Source: Thermodesulfobacteriota bacterium
GTDB lineage: Bacteria; Desulfobacterota; Desulfarculia; JACQYL01
Length of the DNA: 64,000 nucleotides
NCBI GenBank assembly: GCA_963675595.2
Contig: CAXXLZ010000002.1
Coordinates: forward strand, 4,320,001 to 4,384,000
Reading direction: 5' to 3'
The notes beneath the pieces were generated by a model. The model saw only the letters and a list, made by a program, of their open reading frames with translations. It was not told where the DNA came from and made no database searches. A program made the position numbers and the translations under genes. Of the stretch, positions 8,162 through 17,436 are shown piece after piece (position 1 is the stretch's first letter; every line of letters begins with the position of its first letter).

Positions 8162-10984
8162 CTACAACACGGCCGCCCGTTCCCGGTACAGGTCCGGCCG
8201 CACGACCGATGCCATGGCCGCGGGATCGCAGGCGTCATCCAGGAATGCGTTCACTTGTTTCGCCACGGTGTCGGGTTCCAATACGGATTGCCGATAATTC
8301 ACATACAAGGCAGGTATGCCGAACGATGCGAGACGTCTCTTAAGATCGCTCATCTGCCTTCTCATGACCTCTTCCACGCGGCCGCAGGCGGTTTCCGAAT
8401 CCGGTTTCCCGGTGTACTCGATCATCCTGGATTGGGACCGGATGATTTCCTTTAGATCTCTTTCCATGACGATCACCCTGTAAGGGATGCGCGGGGCCAG
8501 GTAAGCCGGCAGCGGGGCAACGATCTTGACGGCCTTGCCTTTGGCGACCGACAGCCACGAATTGTCACGGGCAATGGTTTTGACCTTCTCCAGCTCGAAA
8601 TAGCCTTGGGGGTTGCCGGTATCGGGCCGTCTTTTCCCGTCCGTCAAGACGGGGAAACCGCCGGCTTCCAACATCTGCATCATCAAGGACGTCCCGGACC
8701 GGGGAAGCCCGGACACGACGAGCACGGTCTCTCCCAAGCCGGGTAGACTATCCGCCTGTTTTCCGCCGGCCGACGAGTCGGGAACGGTACTCCCATGTTC
8801 CGCGGCATACGCCGGGTCGATCGTTTCCGTGGAGTTCGGGTCGACGTCCCCGGATCGGAGTCGTTTCAGTCGCTCGGATGACTGTCGGGCCTCACGTTTG
8901 AAACCCTCCGCCTGTTCTTCATCCTTCAAACGGTGTTGGTGAATATAGGCCAAGCGTTGGTAGGCTTGGGGAAAGTTCGGATTCTGAGCCACCGCCATCC
9001 GGAGGGCCTGAACGGCTTCGGGAATGCGTCCCATGCGGTGGAGGCCCACTCCCAAAACGTAGTGGGCCATGGGGAGCTGGTACTCGAGACCGATGGCGGT
9101 GAGGGCATGCTCCACGGCTTCGCGGCTTCTCTTGCGTGCCAGGCAAACGCGGGCAAGCCCGAGCCGACCTTGAGCATTGTCCGGATCGAATTCGAGGACT
9201 CGTCGATATGATGCCTCCGCCTCGGTTGTCTTTCCCATGGCGAGAAGCGTCTCTCCCATGTGCAGGTAGAGGCCCACGGTTTCATGACCTCTTTTCTCGG
9301 CGCGTCTGAGATGTGCCATCGCTTCGCTCGGCCGGTCCTCCGCAGCCAGGAGGCTTCCCATGAGAAGGTCGAGGGATGCGAGATTGACGCCGGCTTTGGC
9401 TCTGAGTTTGGTGACTTTTTTCCGGTCTTCTTCCTCTAGTTCCTGAGGACTTTCGATTTTTCGAACTTCAAGAAAACTCTTTAGTTCTTTTTCGGCCTCC
9501 AAGGCGGTCTTCTTTTTGGACTCGATGACTTGTTCAAGGCGATTCCGGGCTTCGGAGATCCGGTCCAGTGATTTCAGGCAATGGACCAGGGCGATGCCGA
9601 AGCGGGACTCCTCGGACCATCGTTGGGACAAAGTTTCAAGGATAGGAACGGCCTGCACGTGGCGGCCGGCATCCATGTAGGAGCGTGCCAGGTTGTAATC
9701 GAGTTCTCTGACGCACTCGGCCACGGCGTCCCGCACGTTGTCGGGGGGCTTTTCGATATATCCGAGGTCGATGAGCCGATCCAACATCATTTGGTTTTCA
9801 ATGGGTTGGATCTGCCGGTCCTTCGGGTGCATCCCGCAGTCACCGGAAACCCGGTCCCAACTGGGGAGTCTTGAGACGGAAGGCGGCGTCTCAAATAGGC
9901 CGAGGAGCGGAACCCCGTCCATGTCGTCTCCCACGGGAAGCCCGAAAAGGGTGAGAATGGTGGGGCAGATATCCAGGAGGCCCGCTCCGTGAATAATCTC
10001 GTCTTTCCTGATGCCGGGGCCCTTGATCGCAAGAATGCCGTAATGGCGATGTTGGACCGCCGGCCCGGCGGGCTCCATGGGAATCCGTCTAGGGCGTCGG
10101 TGGTCGCAGTGGAACCCGTGGTCTGAAATCAGGATCACGGTGGTTTCCTCACCGGCTTCGGCCAGGAGTCTGCCCAGCATCATATCGTGGTAGATGTAGC
10201 CGCTTCGGACCACCTGATTGTACAGTTCGTAGTCGGATTTCAACACCCAGTCAGGCCGGGGCGGGTGGTATTGCATGAAGGCGTGGGAAAAATGGTCGAT
10301 GGCGTCGAAATAGACGGCCGTGAAATCCCAGGGCTCATGATGCATGAGCGCAACCGTGGCTCTATGGATGGTAGTACAGTCGCAGAATATCCGGGCAATG
10401 GTTTCCAGGCGATGGTCCTTTTCCTGGTCGATCTTACCCGCCTCGGGTACAAAGGGGAGGATATGCTCCGCCGTCAGGTCTTGGGGATGCAGACGCAGGT
10501 CGGCAAGGTTCTTTTCGAGTCGTTTGGGGTGGACGGTGCCGGGCTGTAGAGGCCACGGCTGGTCGAGCGGCCGGTGCGCCCGCTGATAGTGGTTGGAAAC
10601 CATGGCCCCGTTGATGGGTTCCGCCGGGTGGGACGGCCACCAACACACCACGTTGCACTTCCTCCCATTCTGACTCAGGATGTTCCAGACGGCCTTGGTC
10701 TTTCTCGAAAGGGAGGTGACCGGCCGGATTCCCCCGCCGCCGGGCATGGGCTCGGTAAATCCATAGACGCCATGCTTCCACGGGCGTTTTCCGGTGGCGA
10801 TGGAGGTCCACAGCATGGGGGACAATTCCGGGTAAAGAGTTGCCAAGTTACCCATGACTCCCGCTGTGACGAGGGAATCAAGGTGCGGCATCCTGCCTTC
10901 GTCCATCAAGGGATTGATGATATTCCAATCGGCGGCGTCCCAGCCGATGAGAAGGACTCTTTTCGAGGAAGGGGGTGAGGTCAT
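8162..10984 (-). CDS. Alkaline phosphatase-superfamily (nucleotide pyrophosphatase/phosphodiesterase) + TPR + sulfotransferase fusion
   Basis: N-terminal LIGWDAAD, LSPMLWTSIATG, DHFSH, ISDHG. Central TPRs. C-terminal SGLPRSGTS (5'-PAPS loop) and VIVMERD..EIIRSQ (3'-PAPS motif). Confidence 0.85.
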   Translation of the reverse strand: MTSPPSSKRVLLIGWDAADWNIINPLMDEGRMPHLDSLVTAGVMGNLATLYPELSPMLWTSIATGKRPWKHGVYGFTEPMPGGGGIRPVTSLSRKTKAVWNILSQNGRKCNVVCWWPSHPAEPINGAMVSNHYQRAHRPLDQPWPLQPGTVHPKRLEKNLADLRLHPQDLTAEHILPFVPEAGKIDQEKDHRLETIARIFCDCTTIHRATVALMHHEPWDFTAVYFDAIDHFSHAFMQYHPPRPDWVLKSDYELYNQVVRSGYIYHDMMLGRLLAEAGEETTVILISDHGFHCDHRRPRRIPMEPAGPAVQHRHYGILAIKGPGIRKDEIIHGAGLLDICPTILTLFGLPVGDDMDGVPLLGLFETPPSVSRLPSWDRVSGDCGMHPKDRQIQPIENQMMLDRLIDLGYIEKPPDNVRDAVAECVRELDYNLARSYMDAGRHVQAVPILETLSQRWSEESRFGIALVHCLKSLDRISEARNRLEQVIESKKKTALEAEKELKSFLEVRKIESPQELEEEDRKKVTKLRAKAGVNLASLDLLMGSLLAAEDRPSEAMAHLRRAEKRGHETVGLYLHMGETLLAMGKTTEAEASYRRVLEFDPDNAQGRLGLARVCLARKRSREAVEHALTAIGLEYQLPMAHYVLGVGLHRMGRIPEAVQALRMAVAQNPNFPQAYQRLAYIHQHRLKDEEQAEGFKREARQSSERLKRLRSGDVDPNSTETIDPAYAAEHGSTVPDSSAGGKQADSLPGLGETVLVVSGLPRSGTSLMMQMLEAGGFPVLTDGKRRPDTGNPQGYFELEKVKTIARDNSWLSVAKGKAVKIVAPLPAYLAPRIPYRVIVMERDLKEIIRSQSRMIEYTGKPDSETACGRVEEVMRRQMSDLKRRLASFGIPALYVNYRQSVLEPDTVAKQVNAFLDDACDPAAMASVVRPDLYRERAAVL

Positions 10985-11498
10985 GATCGGGTCTCAGGTC
11001 CCGGAATGGATCCTATTTCGAGAATGTCAATTACGAAGAGGTACAACGATTCGGCCCCAAAACATGCATTTCTATGGGGCTCGGCCCAAGGGCGGTCGAA
11101 TGGAGCGCTCGTTCGTCCGATCGACTCGGCTTACCGCGAATTTTTTTCGCGGGGGCTTGGATGCTGAAGTACGTGGCGGGATTGAGGGAGTCAAGAAAAA
11201 ACGGCTGTAAATCAATCAAAGGTGGGGTGACGAAAAGGCCGAAGACACTCCGGCTCCATTGCCTCACTACGAAGCGCCGTGATCTTTCAACCCTGCAGCG
11301 GGGACGTTCGAAAGAGCCGTGAGTCGTCTTGTCGCTTCCCCGTACAACGATTCGTCTCGGGTGGCGAGGCCGTGTCGGGGAGTGTTTCGGAACGCCTGTA
11401 GACGCCTTTTCAGAAGCACTTTCTCAACATTGCCGACTTGCGCAATTGGACTCTCGTCCGCAGCCTTCCCATGGAAATTAGGCGGGATGACTCTCCGG

Positions 11499-12803
11499 CT
11501 AATACATCAGATTGGGTAACCACAGCACCAGTTGGGGAAACGCCACCAGCATCGCGGTGCCGACGATCAGCGCAATCAGGAAAGGAAGCACGCCCTTGAA
11601 AATGGTTTCGAGAGGAATTTCCTGTCGAATGCCGCTCACCACATACACGTTGATGCCCACCGGAGGCGTGATTACGCCCATTTGCGTCACCAGCACGATG
11701 ATGATTCCGAACCAGATGGGATCGTAACCCAGCTGGTTTGAGATGATGGGATAGAAGATGGGAATGGTGAGCATGATCAGGGCCAGAGCGTCGATAAAAC
11801 ACCCTCCGATGAGGTACACCAGGATGATCAGGGCCACCACGGCCCACCCCGGCAGGTCAAGCAGGGCGACCCAATTAGCCACTTCGAAAGGGATGCGGGT
11901 GACGGCCAGGAAATGGCCGAAGATGACCGCTCCGGCCACCAGAAACAGTACCATGCAGGAAGTGCGCAGGGACTCATAAACGGATTTGACGAAACCCGCC
12001 CACGAAATCCGTCTTCTGACCAAAGACACGAGAAGCACGGAGGCCGCACCCACGGCGCCGGCTTCCGTCGGCGTGAAAGCCCCCAAAAACAAACCCGTCA
12101 TGACCAGGATGAAAATGGCCAGCGTTTCCAGCGTACCGGTCAGGGAAAGGACCCGCTCTTTCCAGGAGCAGGCCTCGCAAGCGGGGCCCTGCTTGGGATC
12201 CAAGCGGCAGTACACCCACACGGCGGCTGCGAAACATATGGTGATGAACACCGCGGGCACGATGCCGGCCACAAACAGCATCCCGATGGACTGTTCCGTA
12301 AGGATTCCATAAACGATCAGCACCACGCTGGGCGGCATGAGCATACCCAAACCGCCTCCCGCAGCCACGCTGCCCGCAGCCAGTTCGTCTCCGTAGCCGT
12401 AGCGTTTCATTTCGGGAAGAGCCACCGTGGCCATGGTTGCCGCCGTGGCCGGCGAGGAGCCGCATACGGCCCCGAAAGCGGTGCAGGCCACCACCGTGGC
12501 GGACGCCAGCCCTCCTCTGCTCGACCCCACAAACTTGTAGGCCGAGTCGTACAGTCGGCTGCTGATGCCCGCATTGAAGGCGATCTGACCCATGAGGATG
12601 AACAATGGTATGATGGAAAGCCCGTAGGAGGAGTAAACCTGGTAGAAATCACGCGCCAGCAGCTTGAGGGCGGCGTCGGTGTTGACCACCACGGCGAACC
12701 CCAAAAAGCCCACCAGAGTCATGACGTAGGCCACCGGCATACGCGTGAAGAACACCACGACCAGGAGCACGATACCGATGATGCCGATGGTGTCCGGACT
12801 CAT
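11499..12803 (-). CDS. dctM: TRAP transporter large permease
   Basis: Likely start MSPDTIG overlapping the dctQ stop (ATGA). Motifs IIPLFILMG, GSSPATAATM, GMLMPPS, FTPTEAG, ITPPVG. Confidence 0.92.
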   Translation of the reverse strand: MSPDTIGIIGIVLLVVVFFTRMPVAYVMTLVGFLGFAVVVNTDAALKLLARDFYQVYSSYGLSIIPLFILMGQIAFNAGISSRLYDSAYKFVGSSRGGLASATVVACTAFGAVCGSSPATAATMATVALPEMKRYGYGDELAAGSVAAGGGLGMLMPPSVVLIVYGILTEQSIGMLFVAGIVPAVFITICFAAAVWVYCRLDPKQGPACEACSWKERVLSLTGTLETLAIFILVMTGLFLGAFTPTEAGAVGAASVLLVSLVRRRISWAGFVKSVYESLRTSCMVLFLVAGAVIFGHFLAVTRIPFEVANWVALLDLPGWAVVALIILVYLIGGCFIDALALIMLTIPIFYPIISNQLGYDPIWFGIIIVLVTQMGVITPPVGINVYVVSGIRQEIPLETIFKGVLPFLIALIVGTAMLVAFPQLVLWLPNLMY

Positions 12804-13285
12804 TTGGAGATCGCCTTTTTCAGATGATTCAGGAAACCGACGAAAATCACCGCCGTGAGCCCCAGAAAGGCGAGCGCCACGAGAAACACGATAAAATACG
12901 TGGGGAACTGAAGACTCATGGAGACTTCGCCCGTGCGCCGAATTTCCTGCGCGTAAAGGAACATCTGCCAAGAGACCAGGCCGAACAGCACTGTGGATAT
13001 TCCTGAAGTGAAGGTATCCACAAGGGCTTGATGCGCCGGTTTGAGACGCCTCACAATAAGGTCCACGCCCACGTGACCCTTTTCGAAATGGGTCGAAGGC
13101 ATGGCGCAGGCCAGCACAAGGGTGGCCAGAAAACTGACCACTTCGACGGCCCCGAAAATGGGTCGATCGAAATAGCGGAAAATCACGTCCACGCAGGTGA
13201 CCAGCATCATGCCGGTCAGAGCGGTTCCGCCCACGCGCTTCATCAGACTGTTGAACTTTTCTACGACCTTGGAAAGGTTGATCAT
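12800..13285 (-). CDS. dctQ: TRAP transporter small permease
   Basis: Four TM segments, DVIFRY and GHVGVD motifs, located between dctP and dctM. Confidence 0.9.
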   Translation of the reverse strand: MINLSKVVEKFNSLMKRVGGTALTGMMLVTCVDVIFRYFDRPIFGAVEVVSFLATLVLACAMPSTHFEKGHVGVDLIVRRLKPAHQALVDTFTSGISTVLFGLVSWQMFLYAQEIRRTGEVSMSLQFPTYFIVFLVALAFLGLTAVIFVGFLNHLKKAISK

Positions 13286-13419
13286 GCCGTGTCCCTGCTT
13301 TGTGCCGCCCCGGTCGGCGGCGCTTCATTATCCGGCCGGTGAAGAGGAATCTCCTGATGGAAATTTGGGGAATCGCCTTCGGCGAATTCCCCGTATCCTT
13401 CCTGAAACGTTCCAACAGG

Positions 13420-13563
13420 CCGTTGTGTAAGACGATATGCGGTGTTGCGCCTCACCCCTTGTCGGGACGACGTACTCGCATGTACGCCTCGCTCCTCAGG
13501 ATTTACGTGCCGTACAACTCATCGTTTTTCGCCGGCCTGTGATCATCCGACTTTTTCAAGGGG
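13420..13563. repeat. Degenerate dispersed intergenic repeat (MITE-like), copy B, inverted
   Basis: Reverse complement ccccttgaaaaag...cggcgaaaaacgat...gtacgtcg...tgaggcgcaacaccgcatatcg aligns by eye with 2390-2531. Confidence 0.5.
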
Positions 13564-13676
13564 CCGGTAAAGATTCCGACCCGCTTTTTCGCTACGGGGG
13601 TACCCGTTCCCGCTCGCCGCCGTGACCTAGCATACGGGAGCTCAGCCGGCTTCAACATTCGGGAATTCAGCACATC

Positions 13677-14696
13677 CTACTTCGTGAGTTCCGCCAGAAC
13701 CTCTTGAGTGTACGCGAGGGCCTCTTTGGCCGGCACGCCCCGAGCCTCCCCCGATTTGACGTATTCACTCAGAACGGGTTCATTGGCCGCTTTCCAGCGT
13801 GCGGACTCTTCCGGGCTCAACTCAATGATTTCTCGACCTTTTTCAATGAGGAATTGTCGGCCTTCCTCGTCGCTCTTGTCCCAGGCTTCTCCGTGTTTGG
13901 GTATCCACTCGTCGTTGATTTCCATAATGGTTTTGCGTACTTCCGGAGACAGGGAATTCCATTTGTCCAGATTCATGACCACGTAGAAAGAGGTGGTATA
14001 GGCATTGGCATAATTCAAAGTGCAGTACTTGACGACCTCCGCCATTTTCCAGCCTTTGTTGGTTTCAAGGGGATACAGGCTTCCGTCCACCACGCCGCGC
14101 TGCAGAGCCGTGTAAATTTCGGGCATCGGCATGGCCACCGGGGTCCCGCCCAGGGCTTCCACCACTTTGGCATTGGTGCCGTGGGAGCGGATTTTCAGGC
14201 CTTTGAGGTCTTCCATCTTTCGGACCGGTTTGTCCTTGGTGTGCAGGAGTCCGGGGCCGTGGGCGTGGAGATACATGACCGCCACATCGTCCAGTTCCTT
14301 GGGTTTGAACTTCTCATAGACCTTGTTCACCACCTGGGTGGCCGTTTTGCCGTCGGGATAGCCCAAAGGCAGGTCCACCACTTCCATCAAGGGGAAACGA
14401 CCTCGCGTATAGCCGAAGAGGCAGAAGCCCACATCCGAGAGACCCTGGACCACGCCGTCGTAGACTTGTTTGGCCTTGGTCAGCGTCTGACCCGGGAAAT
14501 AGTCGATCTTCACCGCTCCGTCGGTGCGCTTTTCCACTTCTTGACACCAGGCGGCCGCCAGTTGCGATTGGATGTGTGTGGGCGGGAAAAAGCAGGAGTA
14601 GGTGAGCTTTACGGTTTCAGCGGCGGGGCATGTCCCCGTTGCGCCGGCCAGGACGACAAGAACGGCACAAAGCGTGAAAAGACTCTTCTTGAGCAT
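13677..14696 (-). CDS. dctP: TRAP transporter substrate-binding protein
   Basis: Start MLKKS after an agggagga RBS; signal peptide; EDLKGLKIR, LGGTPVAMPMPEIYTALQRGVVDG. Confidence 0.92.
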   Translation of the reverse strand: MLKKSLFTLCAVLVVLAGATGTCPAAETVKLTYSCFFPPTHIQSQLAAAWCQEVEKRTDGAVKIDYFPGQTLTKAKQVYDGVVQGLSDVGFCLFGYTRGRFPLMEVVDLPLGYPDGKTATQVVNKVYEKFKPKELDDVAVMYLHAHGPGLLHTKDKPVRKMEDLKGLKIRSHGTNAKVVEALGGTPVAMPMPEIYTALQRGVVDGSLYPLETNKGWKMAEVVKYCTLNYANAYTTSFYVVMNLDKWNSLSPEVRKTIMEINDEWIPKHGEAWDKSDEEGRQFLIEKGREIIELSPEESARWKAANEPVLSEYVKSGEARGVPAKEALAYTQEVLAELTK

Positions 14697-15186
14697 AATT
14701 TCCTCCCTGTTGTGTCGATGGATTGGTGGACTTAGGCAAAGCCCCAGGACTGTAACAGTATTGTGCCGCGCAGACAAGACCTGTGTCCGGGCTTTCGACA
14801 AAAAATCGGGAACAGGGGGTCGGCGGCGTGGAGATTGCGATCACCAAAGGGATTGGATTCGGAGAGGCCGTTGAGGCCGAGTGTCGAAAAAGGCTTCACT
14901 TTCTTGTTCATGTCAATCACGAGAACCGGTCTGTAGTGACTTTTTGGATGGCGAGTGAGGCTGAGGAGTCCTTGTAATCCCATGATACAACGGAAGAAGT
15001 CTCGAACAAAGAGGGAGTACGCTTGCATCTGGTCACTGTCGGTCAATTTGACATTAAGGCGCATGAGGCATTGGAGGATGCTGAACGGAGGGATTTGGAT
15101 GTGTGGGGGACAGGGGCCCCATGCGGAACATGGGAGAGGATATCCTGGAAGTCGGTTGTTACGGACTCCACCCGTGCGCGGTCATG

Positions 15187-15215
15187 AAAAGGCCGCGGGC
15201 AAACCCGCGGCCTTT
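15187..15215 (-). terminator. Intrinsic terminator after the PEP-CTERM gene
   Basis: aaaaggccgcggg-caaa-cccgcggccttt perfect stem flanked by A/T tracts. Confidence 0.75.
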
Positions 15216-15237
15216 GGTGCCCGGCATATGAGAAGAA

Positions 15238-16086
15238 TCAAGCTCTCTTCGCGCGCCTGCGGAAAACGATGCCCGCCATACCCACCAAACCCACACCCAA
15301 GAGGGCCAGGGTGCCGGGTTCGGGAACGGGTGCGCTGGAACCAACTTCGAAATTGTCCCAAATGGTGTAGGGCTTAGATTCGCCCCAATCCGCTAAGGGA
15401 GCTTCAAACATAGTGTACAGTCCGATAGCCGTACCGAGATTGGTATAATCATTTCTGTAAGAGGTTCCTACCTGTTGCCCATCTACATAGAAGTGTATGA
15501 AGCCATCTGAAGAACTTAGCTGAAACATAAGGTTATGCCAATCATTCGTTCGTTCAACCTCCGTGTTTTGCCAACCTGGCGAATTTTCCCCCGCAGCCAC
15601 ATAGTAATAGTTGTCGCGCACATTAAATCGTCCTCCAAATTGGACGTCGGTCCAGTCCTCGCTGCCATCAATGTAGGGATTTACCCAATCAGGGACGGCA
15701 TAGAGTTGTCCCGCTCTTGCATTGGTCTCGGAGGACAGTTCATCATAGTACCAAACGCTGACGTACGGGTCGTATTGCTTTGCCAAGGCCGCGTGAGGAA
15801 GCGACTCAACCTCGACGGCCGCCCAAAACATCGTATCCTTCGGAGTGGAATCGGCGATCAATTGTAGCCCATAACTTCCGGCGTAGGCCGTACTCGTCTG
15901 CTGCATCATCTTTCCGACCGGAGCTTCTCCATGCCTGTAGTCGCTGTTCACCCAACCAGGAGCGTAGTCGCCAGTCCATGGAGTCTCAAAGTCATCGAAA
16001 AAGAGAACCACCGCCTGTGCCGGCGGTGCGGCCCAAGAGATGACAGCAGCCAGTACCAACAAACCGATGCATTTTCTCATATTCAT
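15238..16086 (-). CDS. PEP-CTERM surface protein, possible concanavalin/LamG-like beta sandwich
   Basis: Signal peptide (AQA). C-terminal VPEPGTLALLGVGLVGMAGIVFRRRAKRA. WHNL...IHFYVDGQQVG motif. Confidence 0.9.
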   Translation of the reverse strand: MNMRKCIGLLVLAAVISWAAPPAQAVVLFFDDFETPWTGDYAPGWVNSDYRHGEAPVGKMMQQTSTAYAGSYGLQLIADSTPKDTMFWAAVEVESLPHAALAKQYDPYVSVWYYDELSSETNARAGQLYAVPDWVNPYIDGSEDWTDVQFGGRFNVRDNYYYVAAGENSPGWQNTEVERTNDWHNLMFQLSSSDGFIHFYVDGQQVGTSYRNDYTNLGTAIGLYTMFEAPLADWGESKPYTIWDNFEVGSSAPVPEPGTLALLGVGLVGMAGIVFRRRAKRA

Positions 16087-16122
16087 GACATCCCCTTCCC
16101 ATGTTGTGTTTGGGAAGTGTTA

Positions 16123-16205
16123 AGCAATATTAATACCAAGATAAATAGCTAATAAAAGTAACAAGATATCGTTAAAGATGTGCTGAATTGGAAAGAAATC
16201 CGACA
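16123..16205 (-). promoter_or_regulatory. sigma54 promoter (16123-16138) plus upstream enhancer box (16189-16205)
   Basis: Minus strand TGGTATTAATATTGCT (GG-N10-GC), with TGTCGGATTTCTTTCCA about 52 bp upstream. Confidence 0.7.
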
Positions 16206-16587
16206 CCATATCCGACTTCGCTTCGCGTGAGGAGGCACCTATGAGGACAAAAATAGCGGGAACTCCTAATTGCGCGCTCCCTTCGGATCGTGCTACTTGT
16301 TGGATCGTGGTACATTCTCCCCGCCGGAATCAATGTGCCACCATTCCTCCGACCATGTGGGCGATTTCAACGCACCCCGCCGTCCCACATGGTCTTCTTT
16401 TTTTCAAGGTAATTCAGAAATCAGGCTCGGTAACCCCTTTGAACCGTGGGGAATTTCCACAAGGCAACCGGCTGGGAGGAAGGGTCGGCTCTTGCGACGA
16501 GAACGGAGAGCCCGCAGATGTCGGGGAACCTCAGAACGCAGCGAGGCAGTGCTGGAGAAGGGTGGGGAGAGAGTGAACGGAAGTCCT

Positions 16588-17322
16588 TCAGTCCGCGGTC
16601 AACAGGCTTAGAATGGGCACGAGGTTCAATTTGCCCACGGTCACGGTGGCTGTTTCCGTGTCGGTTCCGCAATCGGATTCGGCGGTGAGCGTGTAGGTCG
16701 TGCCGGCCGACGGCGATACCGCAACGGAACCCGACGAAGGGTCCACCACGCCGATGTCCGGATCGATTCGGGCGGAAGTCGCTCCCGAAAGACTCCACGA
16801 CAACACGGAGGATTGCGAAGAGGAAATTCGCGTGGGAGAAGCCGTGAACGATTGAATTACCGGGGCGGGGCAGTTCAAAGACAAAGGATTCGGCTGGGCG
16901 TCCAGAACGGCGGGATTTACCATGCCGTTGAGCTGGTATTCAGCCTCGGCGGTAATCTGCGCCGATCCCGTCGCGTCGCCGGGAACACGGGCGATGTAGG
17001 TCATCACCACCGGGCTCGAGGGCAAGCTCCCGGTCCAGATGACCTCCCCGAACAGTGCGTTGAACTCCGGATTCCCATCTCCGCCGACGCTTTCCACGTG
17101 CCATCCCTGGGGCAGATCGGGCCTCCACAACAGGGTGAGCAATGTTCCCGAATAGGTGAAAGTGTTGGTCACGGTAACCGTCCCACCCGGTTCGTAGGAG
17201 GCGGGTGCGGTGTGAACGGCGGTTTCCGTCTGGGCGAAGCACGTCGCAACCGGAAACGACATCGCCGCAAAAAGGAACAACACAAATAGAGCTGAAACAA
17301 AAGAGAATCCGTACCTGTTCAC
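16588..17322 (-). CDS. Secreted protein: one cohesin-like module, one Ig/PKD-like repeat, short hydrophobic tail
   Basis: GTG start with ggag RBS; signal peptide; shared module YEPGGTVTVTNTFTYSGTLLTLLWRPDLPQGW...GDGNPE...IWTGSLP; ends LVPILSLLTAD. Confidence 0.8.
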   Translation of the reverse strand: MNRYGFSFVSALFVLFLFAAMSFPVATCFAQTETAVHTAPASYEPGGTVTVTNTFTYSGTLLTLLWRPDLPQGWHVESVGGDGNPEFNALFGEVIWTGSLPSSPVVMTYIARVPGDATGSAQITAEAEYQLNGMVNPAVLDAQPNPLSLNCPAPVIQSFTASPTRISSSQSSVLSWSLSGATSARIDPDIGVVDPSSGSVAVSPSAGTTYTLTAESDCGTDTETATVTVGKLNLVPILSLLTAD

Positions 17323-17436
17323 AGGCTTCTCCTTGAATGCGTCGCTTCGGGACCTTCATTCTCCGGACGAGAATGCCGATCCGCGCCGGAAGCTCGAAAA
17401 TCTGGAGCCGTATCCAACATCATAACGTATCGCACT

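Noticed and set aside
11499-13415. 638-aa ORF suggesting an N-terminally extended DctM or a DctQM fusion
   Set aside because: The extension overlaps dctQ in another frame; the real start is at 12803, coupled to the dctQ stop.
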